Assembly: GCF_004010195.1 (NCBI RefSeq)
Contig: NC_057720.1
Location: 12,286,183-12,350,182, forward strand
Direction: 5' to 3'
DNA from: Chiloscyllium plagiosum
Lineage: Eukaryota
DNA: 64,000 nt
The first letter of the stretch is position 1. Each line of letters begins with the position of its first letter. The translations under genes and the position numbers were made by a program. Positions 1 to 13,152 of this stretch are shown piece after piece. The notes beneath the pieces were generated by a model. The model saw nothing but the letters and a program-made list of their open reading frames with translations, ran no database searches and was not told the DNA's origin.

Positions 1-305
1 GTCCCCATGACTTGTCCTACCTGCCTATCTTCTTTTCCACCTATCCACTCCACCCTCCTCCCTGACTTATCACCGTCATCCCCTCCCCCACTCACCTATT
101 GTACTCTATGCTACTTTCTCCTCACCCACACCCTCCTCTAGCTTATCTCTCCACGCTTCAGGCTCTCTGCCTTTATACCTAATGAAGGGCTTTTGCCCGA
201 AACGTCGATTTTACTGCTCCTCGGATGCTGCCTGAACTGCTGTGCCCTTCCAGCACCACTAATCCAGAATCTGGTTTCCAGCATCTGCAGTCATTGTTTT
301 TACCC
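1..305 (+). mobile_element. Penelope-like element 3' terminus with degenerate hammerhead motif (179-206)
   Basis: Same terminal sequence family as 8300-8595 and 4460-4860. Confidence 0.7.
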
Positions 306-931
306 AATTATCTGCTAAGTCAAATTTGCAGTAACCAGCAACAAAGAATAATTCAGCCCTTTTCCCCAGCAATATCCTTTATGGACACTCATCCCCAAGT
401 AAATTACCATTGCTACTTTTACTTTAAAATTTTTTATGCAACTGGAGAGGTTGCAACCATTTCCTTTTGATGACTTTCTACATATTCACCAGGTTGAGTC
501 TTTCTGTCTTTCCTAGAGACACACACAATCACAGACTGACTCACTGACCTTTCTGACTGAAAGAAATGTGCAGGGCTTTTTCCAGCTGTCCTAAAACAAC
601 TTTGGATTTCTTTCCAGGTCTGATGGCCGGCTGATAATAAAACACTGCTTTTCTGCTGGTTTGGGTCTCAACTCCTCTGGACTGAACATGCTGGTTTCCC
701 CTAGCCTTTCATTCTGTAGGTTGGATAAACCTAACTTAGCCAACACTTCAGCAGTTATCTCCTCAGGAAGCTTAGTCATTTAGCTTAAGTCACATTCTTT
801 CTGGGTGAAATAACTCCACAGACGCCAGTATCCCGTCACTGTCACTCTTTATTTACACATGGAGAGTCCTTGAAGCTGATAGAGCTCCCTCAGAGCCAGC
901 TCTCAGAGTGAACAGAACCTCTGACACACCT

Positions 932-3714
932 TTTTTTTCTTTTTTTTTTAAAAACTCCCACACTACCACCTAACTGCAGGAGTGCTTATTTTTCCCTCGC
1001 CCTCACCAGGAGTGCCCTCAGGAAGTTCCTGACTCGCTTTCGCTTGTTCACATCGAGCCCAGGTGCCTGGCGGGCAGCGTGGGCCGACCAGTACACTCTC
1101 TTGAAGGAGCTCCAGCGGTCGAGCGCCAGTTGGGCTCTATCCCGGCAACTCAAAGTTTCCTCAACAAACTTCCTCGAGGGGGAGATGGGTGGGGGGCACC
1201 TGGGACTCAAAAATGTTGCTGGAGACAGACTCCGCGTCGTCCCCGGTGTCCGCCACCGATCCGGAACCCTCCTCCGGGAGGTCGCCCTCGGTCACCGACC
1301 CCTCCCCCACCGAGAGAGTGGGGGCTGGTCCGGCGCCGCCAACTGGCCTCAAACCCACGGCGACCCCACCCCCAGGGTCACTGGCGGTACCTTCCTCAGC
1401 GCACCCCTTCCCGGAATGCCCTGAGTTCAGGTCGTTGGGCGGCAGAGGCACGGGGCCCCGCTTCCTTCCCGACACCGGGACGCCCGGCACCTCGGGGAAA
1501 AAGGTCCTCCCCCAGGGCCAAGGCCCCCGGAAAAACACAGTCTGGGAGGGAGGAGCAAGGATAACACCCTCCTCCCCTCCACCACTCGAAGACCCAGCAG
1601 GCAGTTCGCCATTGTCACCTGCACCACGGCCCGTGCGGTTGTTAAAGCCCTCCCCAGGGACCGGAGGAGTTGAGGCAGCAGAAGGTCCTGCTGTAGCCCC
1701 TGGGGGGGGTTTGTGCAGGTCAGGCTGCAGTGCGGGACATGCAGGAGACACCATAGGCTCATCCCCCTGGAGAGGGACAGCGCCACTGGCGCATCTCTCC
1801 CCTCCAAGGGCCGGCACCTCTTCCCCAGCGAGACGGGGGGGGGTGGGATTTATGGGCCTTCCCCCCCTGCCCACCTTGGTGGGCATGGGGCCTGAATACT
1901 ATTGGCTGGGGGAAGGCAGGGGGCATGGCCAGCATGGTGAGGGTCAGCCATGTCACTTCCTGCCCCACCCCTGGATTATCAGGTGATGGTGGGTGGGGCA
2001 GGGACCCAATTCCCTCTCCGGGGCCCAGAAGCACAGTTGCTGCAGGAGGTGAGGCAGTGGTGGTTCCCCCCAAGTTAATGCCAGGGTGTGGCTGGGCTCG
2101 GTCTCGGGCGCCCCCGGGCCAGGAGCAGGCGTTGAAGCCCCAGGGGTTTCTGTAACGGGGCGGGGGTTGGGTGTAGGGTCAGTGGGTGCAGCAGGGGCAG
2201 GATCAGGTACGGGTTTGGGGGTCAGGGTTCCCGCGCCGGGGTGATGCTGGCACGGCTGCAGGGGCATTGTCGAGCCGGGGGGGGCAGGTCATGGGCTAGT
2301 TGTAGGGTAAGGTGATAGAGTGGTCTCCCCATGGGCGGGCCTGGCGCGTTGGGTCTTCTTGGGCACCTTCCATCCGGCTGGACTCTCACCCCTCTCCCCA
2401 CCAGAGGCTGAAGCATTGGAAGCCTCTGGCTTAGCCCTCGCTGCCGGTGCTTGCGGTATTGACTTCGGGGTAGGGGGAGTGGGTGCGGCAGCGCCACCCT
2501 CAGCCATTGGTAGGGGCTGGGCAGCCTTCTGGGTGGGGCAGTTTTTTCTTATGTGCCCCACCTTGCTGCACAGGTGACACTGCACACCGTCCACCGTCCA
2601 CAAGACGCGGTAGGCCGCGCCCACGTGGAGGAGGGTAAATGAGCCCTCGATGACCTCCTCCCGGGTCAGGCAAATAAACACCTGGCGTTAAGACCAAGCA
2701 GGAGCGGTTGGACACCTGACCGGATCTCCTCCAAGGTGTTCAGGTGGGGAAGAAGGAGCTCACTGGCAATGAAGGGCGGGACATTGGAGATCACAACCCT
2801 CTGGGCCGTAACCTCCAAAGGGTCGCCGGGCAGATGTGTCCCTCCCACAGTGTGCCCCCTCTCCACGGCCAGGTGGACCACCTGCCTAGTCTTTGGGAAA
2901 AAGACGGCCTTCCCGTACATCCTGGCCGCAGCGACGATGGCCAGTGGGCTGACCACACTAGCCATGGCCTTGCTGCAGGCCTCAATGGTCATGCTGGGGT
3001 GGGGATAGGCATTGACCCCCAGGCATTTAGTCAGGTGCCTGAAGGGGGTCGTAGTTGCAGCCGGGTTTGGAGCAGCCAAGCCTAAGGCAGCGGCTACCCC
3101 GGCGTAGGTGCGGCTGGGCCCTGTGACCTTCGGGCTTGCTATGCTTTGCTGTCTGCCACAGGCGTGACAGGAGTCCAGTAGGGTCCCCAGGCAGCAGCAG
3201 CGGTGGAGGCAGGCCTCAGTCAACAGCAGCGGTGGAGGCAGGCCTCAGGCAAGTCCCAGGCAGCACCAGAGTGAGTCCCACGTAGGCCTTTGGTCACAGC
3301 GGTGGGGGCAGGCCTGTAGGAGGGTCGTCCCCAAGGCAAGTCTCAGGCAGCCCCAAAATGTAGTCACAGGCAGCAGCGGTGGAGGTGGGCCTCTTACAGC
3401 AGCAGCAGTCCTGGGAGGGGCCAAGGCCTCTTATAGCAGCAGTGAGAGAGGCCCCAAGCAGTAACAGCTGAGGCAGGTCATGGTGGGGGTCCCAGAGACC
3501 AGTGGTGGGAGTGGGCCCCAGGTCAGCAGCAACACTCCCTTGACCTGGGTGAGGCCCAGGCTGCAGCTCCAAGGGTAGGCCCAGGACTCAAAGTCCTCGT
3601 TCCCCTCAGAGCTCTCTCGATGTGGGGCAGCTGGTCCAGGGACAGTCCCCTTCCTCTCAGTCAAGGAGGAGAGTACGTGTATACACACACACACACACAC
3701 ACACACACAGATCC
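932..3714 (-). mobile_element. Tx1/L1-clade non-LTR element carrying only a disrupted ORF1, with poly(A) tail
   Basis: ORF pieces 2666..3223, 2289..2681, 1161..1886 and 986..1210 with RVVISNVPPFI and a CCHC knuckle CHLCSKVGHIRKNC, then a Pro-rich region; T-tract 931-949 is the poly(A); (CA)n at the 5' end; flanking 49-bp direct repeat. Confidence 0.8.
3682..3709. repeat. (CA)n microsatellite at the 5' junction of the Tx1-like element
   Basis: Directly visible tacacacaca...ca. Confidence 0.95.
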
Positions 3715-4459
3715 AGCTCCCTCAGAGGCAGCTCTCAGAGTGAACAGAACCTCTGACACACCTGTTTTTATCTATCAGCCAGGGCTCTCTGATTGGACAG
3801 GTTAACAGCCCCAATCAGGGAACTCATATTCTATGAGCTGCAACTGCCTGACCTTGTTACAATCACCACACTAAGAAATGCTGTTAACAATGTCTTGCAT
3901 CTGCTGGTTTGGTAAGAAGAGGCAGAAAGAGAAATGGAGAGACAAAGCTACAGACTTAGAGATGGAAAGACTGAGGGGCAGAGAAATAGTGGGACAGAGC
4001 AGTGACAGATGCAAATATAGAGGCATGGCAGATAGGTTCTGTCACTGGAAACATTTGGTCCAGTTCATGATTGACGGTCAATGATGAGACATGTCACGAA
4101 TCACTTCTAGTACAAAAGTGTGATTTTTAAAAATGAGCCCAGTCTTTATAATGTTAAAACGCAAGACATTGAGAAAATCAATTCATGTAATCAACTGTTA
4201 TTCCAATTGGCTTTGACCTTTGCCCCGATAGCTTCAGGACAGCCTAAGTTACTTATCGATTCTTGAATATTGTGAGTCACTGACCCACGTTGCTGTTTAC
4301 TGCCAGTTCCTCATAATGCTGAGGGAAGATGGTGTCTTTTTGAGCCATTTGTTTGTCACAAGTGAGAGTGAGTTTGCTTGGCCATGTTAGCTAACAGCCA
4401 GTTATGTTGATGTAGGTATGGAGTCAGCTGTAGGCCGGACCATGTAAGGATGGCACGTT

Positions 4460-4862
4460 CAAGATCAGAGTGGTGCTGGAAAAGCACAGCAGGTCAGGCA
4501 GCGCCAGAGGAGCAGGAAAATTGACGTTTTGGGCAAAAGCCCTTCATCAGGATTGAGGCTGGAGGGTTCGGGTGAAGAGATAAATGGGAGGGGGTGGGGC
4601 TGGGGAGAAGGTAGTGGAGAGTGCAATAGATGGATGGGGGTGGGGTTAAAGATGATAGGTCAGAGAGGACGGTGGAGCGGAGTGTTGGGAAGGAAGATTG
4701 ACAGGTGGTCAATCCATCCCTGAAGCTTCCAACCTCATTCTGATGAAGGGCTCCTGCCCGAAACGTTGATTTTCCTGCTTCTTGGTTGCTTGCCTGAGCT
4801 ACTGTGCTTTCCAGCAACACTCTAATCTTGATTCTAATCTCCAGCATCTGCAGTCCTCATGT
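4460..4862. mobile_element. Head-to-head pair of Penelope-derived termini
   Basis: gtggtgctggaaaagcacagc...cccttcatcag followed by its inverse ctgatgaaggg...tgtgctttccagcaacac. Confidence 0.75.
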
Positions 4863-5206
4863 TTGCCGAAGGATGGCAGGTTGCCTTGTTCCAAGGATAG
4901 TGAGCCAGTCATATTTTTCACCACAATCCAACAGCTTCATGGTCACTTGGGCAGCTTTTATTTCTAGGTTTTGGAAACTTGAGCTTGAGTTTTCAGAGCC
5001 ACAGGGAACTTGACCTCATGCCATCTTTGAGATGACTCATCCAGTAGTGTGGCCTCTAACCTCCTGTATTCTGGGGCTTTAGGTGGACGGTTATAATGGG
5101 AACAAGTGCTGAAGGGTAATGGAGTAATTTTGATTTCTATTTAGGCGAGGAACGTGGCTGAAAGCAATTAAACTGAAATCAGATCCCGTAAGAGCCAGGA
5201 GCGACC

Positions 5207-5233
5207 ATGACTGACGTGGCACAGAAAGCCAAG
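5207..5233 (+). CDS. NEXN: Nexilin first coding exon (MTDVAQKAK); exon begins at 5145 with 5'UTR
   Basis: Acceptor tttctatttag ends at 5144; Kozak-like gaccATGa at 5207; donor AAG|gtgagt at 5234; resembles the mammalian N-terminus MNDISQKAE. Confidence 0.85.
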
Positions 5234-6489
5234 GTGAGTCCAGAAAGGCTGTGTGTGAGCTAAACTCATCGGTGGTCAGGGTTTGTATCTCCTGCTCAAA
5301 AAGAATTAAGTAAATTTCTTCCGAAATCCTAGTGTGATTCAAGTTATACAGTGATATATGTCCTTGAACATGGCTGCATCTGCATGAATGTTTGCCAATC
5401 CATCCACTGAGTAAAGGCGTTAACCTGGAATTTAAGGAACATGTTTGTCACTGAGCAACAGATCCATCCTTTAATTCAGCTGTAATTTTAGGGGCATGTG
5501 TTGGAAGATATAACAGGAAAAGGTGGGACTTCTGTAACAGAGCTGGTACGGACGTGATGGATTGAATAGACCCCTTTTATACCATAATAGTTCTGTGATT
5601 CTGGGAAGGTGCCCGACATGGATAGAAGCAATACCGCACTAGTACAGTAGGAGGCACCCTCTCCTCTTCAAAAGGAATATGGACTGTAGAGAAAGAGAAA
5701 TGATACTGTTGGCATCCAGTAGGGTCCCAATTGGCATTGCCAACCAACATCCCTCAGCCAGACCAATACAAAATGTTCAACCATAAATCACAAGAAGACA
5801 CTAATAAAAATACGGGCCACTTGAAGTTGTATGGACATAAATAATGCAACACAGTCTGGTATTATTAATTTCCCTCACTAATCCTTAAATAACGATAAGA
5901 GCCTGTTCAGGGTTTGAAGCACACCTGCCTTATTCTGCAAATGATTTAGGCTTTCTAATCCGAGCCTAACCATTTGCTCTGCTGAGGACATTTGGTGTGT
6001 GAATGAAGTAATATTTCACAAGATAATGATACTCGGTGCGTTACTGTTATGTAGGATGAGAGGGTGAAGAGGGAAATATGCCATTATCATCCAGACTCAC
6101 TCCCAAGAACAACTTGAGGAGATCTGTGCTGGAGGAGCCTGTGGATTTTGGTTATGTTGTGATGAACAGATTGATCCTCCTCCTGTTTGGACGTATGAGG
6201 CAGGAGGTCCTATGCGATGGCGCAATCCTGAGTGTGTGAATTTGCTTCCTTTATTTTCCCTTCTCTGCCGCCGCCATGTCTCATCATTAACGCATTGGAA
6301 CCCAAGTGTGAAGTAGCACAGTGGACAGCTTTCCTTCATTCTGAAAGACCAGTAGCAAGCTTCTCCCAATCATCAACCTCAATTCTGACATGCTTCAAGG
6401 AGGGTCTTGAGTGTCTTTGCCCCCACCCCCTACCCTCCACCCTCCCCTCCCTTGGAAAACTGGCCATTTGGGAGTTGGGACAATGAGTC

Positions 6490-6780
6490 TCAACCATCTG
6501 GGTCCAATCTGTTGTCGTTGTGGGGTTTTTTTTTCCCCAGGTGTTTTGCCTGAATGCTTGTGGAGATGTCCTCATGAAAGGCATTAGAGTTTTCCTTCCA
6601 CTGAATGCAGCTGAGGTACTGCTGCTGGAGTTGCTCCAGCATCTTCATGTGCCACCGATACACAGCCCAGGAGTGTGATGAGAACACAAGAACTTCCATT
6701 GTCTTCTGGAGATCTTTGCTGTCATGTTGGTCCTCCCAGTCACTAGCAACCTATTTGAGAGAGGGAAGGACTCAGTATTT
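6490..6780 (-). mobile_element. Degenerate RTE-type LINE C-terminal fragment
   Basis: SWAVYRWHMKMLEQLQQQYLSCIQWKE resembles the RTE motif TWTVYRRHxKxLEQxHQRCLRxIxW. Confidence 0.5.
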
Positions 6781-7334
6781 TCTAGGGTTTCGCCCTCAAT
6801 ATAAAGGTGGAATATCTGGATGACCAGGTGTGGGCTGATATGAGGTTTCTTTATGGCAACTTCCAAGGGCAGTGCCAGTTTCAATTCTGGAGAATTGAAG
6901 AGATCGAGAGGGGTTTACAAATCTGATGCAAAATGAGTGATGACAGTGCAGTCACTTATGATCTGTAGGTGATGCATATTTATGGGTTGTTGGTTTAATT
7001 TTGGAATGAAGGTGATTGAGGTTACATTATTTCATCTCAACAATGTCTCATACTGACAGAAGAGGAGTGTGATGTATTTTGAGATAAGTTGCCACTGTCA
7101 GGACGAATGAAGCCCATCACCAGGGCCAACTAGAGGGAAGAGGTGTGGGCTGGGATGAAGATGGTGCTAATTGTCAGGCTCCAAGAACTTGATAGGGGAG
7201 GTGGGGGTTGGGGTGGAATGGAGGGTGTGGGGTGCGGTGGTGACTTACACTCACATAGCGACGCTCCCCCTCCCACATCTGTACACATCTATCCACCATT
7301 AAGAAGGCTTCCAAGCCCTCCACTTCTTCCTCTC

Positions 7335-8595
7335 ACATGACCCAACCCACTGACACTCTCATTCGACTGGAGAATTGGTCCTCACCCTTAACAACTTCTC
7401 CTTCGAATCCTCCCACTTCCTCCAAACCAAAGGGGTAGCGATGCGCACCCGCATGGGCCCCAGCTATGCCTGCCTCTTCGTCGGGTACGTGGAACAGTCT
7501 ATCTTCTGCAGCTATACCGGCACCATTCCCCACCTTCATTCTATCTCATGCTCCCATGAGGAGTTGAACAGTTCGTCAACTTTACCAACACCTTCTACCT
7601 CGACCTCAAGTTCACCTGGACCATCTCAGGCATCACCCTCCCGTTCCTAGACCTCTCCATCTCCATTTCCGGCGACCAACCAAACACAGATATCTACCAC
7701 AAACCCACCGACTCCCACAACTATCGGGACTACTTCTCTTCCCACTCTGCCTCTTGTATTCCCAAATCCTCCGCTTCTGCTACATCTGCTCCGAAGGGGA
7801 CCAGTTCCACCGTGGAACATCCCAGATGGCCTCCTTCTTCAAAGATCATAATTGCCCCTCCCACGTGGTCAACGATGCCCTCCAGCACATTTCCTTCACT
7901 TCCCGCACTTGAACCCCACCCTCAAACCCACCTTCCCCTCCTGGCACCTTCCCCTGCCACTGCAAATCCTGCTCCCACACCTCCCCCACCCTCACCTCCA
8001 TCCAAGGCCCCAAAGGATCCTTCCACATCCGACAGAGATTTACCTGCACATCCAAACACCTCACCTACTGTATCTATTGCACCTGATGTGGCCTCCTCCA
8101 CATTGTGGAGACAGGATGTCTACTTGCGGATCATTTCAGAGAACATCGCTGGAACACCCTCAGCCACCAACCCCACCGCCCTGTGGCTGAACACTTCAAC
8201 TCCCCCTCCCACTCCATCAAGGACATGCAGGTCCAGGGCCTCCTCCATCGCCAAATCCTAACCACCGACACCTGAAGGAAGAACGGCTCATCTTCTGCCT
8301 TGGGACCCTCCAACCAGACAGGATCAATGTGGATTTTACCAGTTTCTTCATTGCACCTCCCCCCACCTTATCCCAGTCCCAAACTTCCAACTCAGCACTG
8401 CACTCTTGAGTGGTCCTACCTATCCATCTTCCTTCTCATCTATCTGCTCCACCTTCCTCTCCAACCTTCCCACCTCCCACCTTCATCTACCTATCACATT
8501 CTCAGCTACTTTTTCCGCCCAAGCCCCACTCACTCCCTCCCATTTATCTCTCAGCACCCCAACCCCCGGCCCACAAGCCTCATTCCTGAGACGTC
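7335..8595 (+). mobile_element. Degenerate Penelope-like retroelement (RT plus GIY-YIG endonuclease plus terminus)
   Basis: VLTLNNFSFESSHFLQTKGVAMRTRMGPSYACLFVGYVEQ is a PLE RT motif; FTCTSKHLTYCIYC...HFREH-like GIY-YIG remnant at about 8040-8150; frameshifts present. Confidence 0.85.
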
Positions 8596-9095
8596 NNNNN
8601 NNNNNNNNNNNNNNNNNNNNNNNNNNNNNNNNNNNNNNNNNNNNNNNNNNNNNNNNNNNNNNNNNNNNNNNNNNNNNNNNNNNNNNNNNNNNNNNNNNNN
8701 NNNNNNNNNNNNNNNNNNNNNNNNNNNNNNNNNNNNNNNNNNNNNNNNNNNNNNNNNNNNNNNNNNNNNNNNNNNNNNNNNNNNNNNNNNNNNNNNNNNN
8801 NNNNNNNNNNNNNNNNNNNNNNNNNNNNNNNNNNNNNNNNNNNNNNNNNNNNNNNNNNNNNNNNNNNNNNNNNNNNNNNNNNNNNNNNNNNNNNNNNNNN
8901 NNNNNNNNNNNNNNNNNNNNNNNNNNNNNNNNNNNNNNNNNNNNNNNNNNNNNNNNNNNNNNNNNNNNNNNNNNNNNNNNNNNNNNNNNNNNNNNNNNNN
9001 NNNNNNNNNNNNNNNNNNNNNNNNNNNNNNNNNNNNNNNNNNNNNNNNNNNNNNNNNNNNNNNNNNNNNNNNNNNNNNNNNNNNNNNNNNNNNNN
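8596..9095. other. Assembly gap (500 N)
   Basis: Run of N. Confidence 1.
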
Positions 9096-9744
9096 AGGAC
9101 ATAATTATCACTCGATGCAAATTGTAGTTTTTTTCTGTTAAAGCCCATATGTGTGGATAGAAAACTTAAAGGCATTTAAGTAGTCATTGGATAAACATAT
9201 GGATGAGAATGGAATAGTGGAGGCTTCAGATTGGTTCCACAGATCAGTGCAACATCGAGGGCTGAAGGGCCTGTACTGCACTGTAATGTTCTATAAGAGT
9301 ATATTATTGCAGGTGAGTTGGTTGGTGCTAGTTTACTGGAGGGTTTTACCATGTCACTTTAAACTTGGAAGTGAAACCAAAACTCTTAGAACATGTCAGT
9401 ATTAGTTCAAATTATTCTTATTTATGCGTGCGATCATTTTGTAGAGCTTTTGAGATTCAAATCTGTTGGGTGTTGCTACTCAATAGTACACAGATCCAAG
9501 TCATTGTGAGGTTAATAACGTGCAGCATAGTTTGGGAAAAAGCAGTAGAACGAACACCAGTAGAAAACCAGTATTTGAACTCACAAGTAATATTCAAGGT
9601 GGTATCAATAAAACTGGTGATGGTCCCTGTAATAATGGTCATGGCATCAGTATTACTGGTTATCATGCCAGTGTTGCTGGCTATGGTAAATATTTGTGTA
9701 TATATTGCAGGTACTCTTTTCCAAATGGATTATTCTCCCTAGGA

Positions 9745-9870
9745 GAAAGGGAGGACTGTAGATGCTGGAGATCAGTGTCGAGAGTCTAGTGCTGGAAAAG
9801 CACAGGTCAGGGCAACATCCAAGGAGCAGAAGAATCGACATTTCGGGCATAAGCCCTTCATCAGGAATAT
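9745..9870 (-). mobile_element. Short Penelope-derived terminus with hammerhead core 9837-9864
   Basis: Reverse complement reads ctgatgaagggcttatgcccgaaatgtc. Confidence 0.7.
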
Positions 9871-11569
9871 TTTTCCTTTTTTTTTAATGCATGGGTTGAA
9901 TATACAGAACTAAAATTTTAAAAAGTACACGGAAAGTTGGCAGGGAAGTGTCCTGCTGTTTGTGTGGGTGATGGCAAGGACGTTATGGTCATAGCAAGGC
10001 CATCATTACAGATTTTGAATGCCGTTTTGTCTGGTGTTATGTTGCTGTTGTCCCAGTGTTGCTTGCATCCCATGTATGAATGGGGTAACTTGATCAGAAA
10101 TCTGGATTTTGTACAGGTAGTATTCTTGCCTCAGAGTCAGAATGTTGTGGGTTCAAGTCCCATTCTGGACATTTGGGAGGCACTATCGAGGCTGATACTC
10201 CAACCAGGGTATGTTGCACAGATTCTAAGGGGAAACATTAAACTGACACCCTGTATTTTCCCTCCTTTGATTGATGCATTGGAAAAATCAACACTCCTAT
10301 GCATATCTCAAAAAGAATGAAGAACAGGGGAGTTGGCCGGATGTCCTAGTTAATCTTTACCCCTCATCCAACTTTTAAAGAAAATAGTAACCTCGAAATT
10401 GGTTTGTGTGCTGCTGCCTCAGCCTCTGGTAGGCCCTGTGCCTGTGGGGAATGATTGGGAGAGAGGGATCAACCGGGACAGCCAGAGTTGGGGAGTGCCT
10501 CTCGACACTTTAGCACCTAATGTCTCCATTTGCAAGTAAGTTGCTTTTTTTAAAGAAGAAATAAACACTTTCCTTAGTTAACGTTTTGGATCTAGTGGCC
10601 TTTCCTCAGAACAGGACACTGGACTTGAAACATTAACTCTGATTTCTCTTGAAAATGCTGCCAGACCTGTTGGGCTTTTCCAGCAATTTCTGTTTTTGTT
10701 TCTGATTTCCAAGCATTCGCAGTGCTTGTGGCTTGTATCTTTCCTTAGTCTTGTTCTCCCACAGCAATAACTTTCAATGAAGTGGTTTAGAGAATGATGT
10801 TTTCCTGCATAGAAGCCAGTATATCGCGTGGGGTCTCTCAAACACGTTAGTCTCTCGTTTTCAGTCACATTCCGCGGGCTCTGCACTGTCAGCCTTTTCC
10901 AAGATGGTGGGTAGTGTACTTCACCACGTTAGTGCAGTCTGTGTTCACCACAGTGAAAGCTAAGATGCCTATTCCATGCCTGAAAAATGTTTATGCTGCC
11001 ACTGTCTTCCTAGGACATTCCTGCATCATTTATATCATTGCTGTTTGTGGGTACTTGCTGTGCTCAAATTGGCCAATACATTTCCCACATCATGATGGTA
11101 ACTACACTTCAAGATCTCTTTGTCACTGGAAAGTGGTCAGGGACGTTGTGAAACCTTTGTCACATGTTCGCATTTGTCCCGCTATAGAATATTGTATCCA
11201 GTCCTGGTCATTTCAGAAAGATGTTAAGGCCTTGGTGAGAGTGTGGAGGAAATTTATCAGGTGCTTTGCTGGTGTGTAATGGAACTGTTTAATATGATGA
11301 GAGGTTTTGATGTCAGACATGGAGAGAGAGCATTTACTTTGAGAAGATTAGTAACCAGTGAATATGATAATTAATTAAAAATAGGTAACATCTTTACAGA
11401 ATGAGCTGTTATGATTTGGAATGTGATGGTGGCAGTAAAAGCAGATTCACTTGTAGTTTAAGGGGCCACTGGATAGGTGGTTGAAAAGAAAGGTTTTACA
11501 TGGCTTGGAGGAACACAGCAGACGAGCAAGTGGCTCTTTTGAAGAGAGGGTACAAATACCGATTGGGCA

Positions 11570-11695
11570 AAAGTGAGGACTGCAGATGCTGGAGATCAGA
11601 GTCTAGATTAGAGTGTGATGGAAAAGCACAGCAGGTTAGGCAGCATCCGAGGAGCAGGAAAGTCGACGTTTCAGGCAAAAGCCCTTCATCAGATA
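11570..11695 (-). mobile_element. Short Penelope-derived terminus with hammerhead core 11665-11692
   Basis: Reverse complement reads ctgatgaagggcttttgcctgaaacgtc. Confidence 0.7.
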
Positions 11696-13152
11696 CCGAT
11701 TGGCCTGTAGTGGTGCTGGTCTCACACACCAGCTATTGTTCTTTATTCATTTGCAGGACATGGATGTGGCTGGCTGGCCCAGCATTTATTGCTTGTCCCT
11801 TGAGAAGGTGGGGGTGAGCTGCTTTCTTGAATCGCTGCAGTCCATGTGCTGTGAGTAAACCCACAATGCCATGAGGGAGGGATTTCCAGAATGTGCAGGG
11901 ACCTGCAAAGGAGGGAAATGGAGATGAAGCAAGAGGGGAACCATTCAGAGGTGGAAGGCTTGGATTATTTGATCACGTGTTTGTGTAGCCCCCACTGTCC
12001 AGTCTCACAGGTGAGGACATTCAATGCTTTATGTACAATTCTTGCCTGGCCTTGCACATAGTCTTTCCACAGCTTCCTGTTCAGGGACATTGACACTTGT
12101 CAAGGCTCCTGCAAATAAAAACAGATTCCTGAAGAACCCCTGAAAATATCATCAATAAAGTGGATAATTTGAAGAATGCTGAACCAACAGGAATGACAAT
12201 CTCCAGCTCAACACTAAGCCCAGCAACCACTGCCCTTGACATCAAAGGGCAGATGTTTAAGTCACTCCTGCCGCTTTCCTCTGGTCAATATCGAACAGAA
12301 GTGTAAACACTGAAAATAAATGGGCTGATGTTAAAATGAATACTTGCCGTGGAATGATTGATTTATGTTGTTGGTTTGTGAATGGATTAACAAGACAGCT
12401 GAAGACACAAACTTCAAAGTTAGTTTGAATGACTCTGGTCCTGGTGTGTCTGTAGTTGGAGGTGTCATTAATGTCTGATGGGTTTTGATCTGCCCTCATG
12501 ATCGGCTTTTTTACCTTTGGTAGAGGTCATATTTATGTTAGCTCTGATATCATAAGAATGAGACGTGAGTAACATGGTACAGACAGATTCAGTAAATGTT
12601 TATTACAGCTTCTGGTGTCTACACATTACAATCAAAGGCACTGTCATGTCTGAGCTGAGATGAAACAATTCAGTTACAAACTGCAAATATCTACACACAC
12701 TCAGAAGCCTCCTCCCTGCAAAATATTAGCACACTCCCCAAGAACCCCTTGTGGAGATTTTTGGCAAACTGCAGTTGCAGAAATCACTGAACCAACATCG
12801 TAATGATGATGGTTCAACACCAGAAGTAAAGGGAGGGCAAAATTCTGGAGAGGCTGTGCTGCCAGTCCCAGACATGCAGGAAATTAAACACTTGTAAATA
12901 TTGACAGACACCTTGGCGTTCCCTCATGGATTAGTTTGATAATGTGAGAGTTGGACGACTAATTAAACACTAACTATGCATCCATTTGTACTTGGTGCCA
13001 TCACCATGGGTGTTCTCTCTCCAATCTCACCTGGTGCTGTGTGACTGATTCTCTTGTAATTTCCTTGGGCTCATTGCTTCCTTTGTGCATGCCGCATGCT
13101 TCTTTTATACTCACTTTCTCTAATTTAAGTAAGCAGTATTCAAAATTCAAAT

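Larger units (their letters stand above)
806..3870 (-). mobile_element. Solo LTR (about 230 bp) split by a Tx1-like insertion; pieces 806-931 and 3715-3870
   Basis: On the minus strand starts TGT and ends TTCA, contains AATAAA; homologous to the intact copy at 38748-38969. Confidence 0.7.

Noticed and set aside
591..779. 62-aa ATG ORF on the minus strand
   Set aside because: No recognisable motif, splice context or homology; likely chance
1044..2155. Several long + strand ORFs (up to 265 aa)
   Set aside because: Antisense shadows of the GC-rich Tx1-like ORF1; low-complexity Pro/Gly translation
8300..9175. ORFs of 189-275 aa
   Set aside because: Artefacts of translating through the 500-N gap
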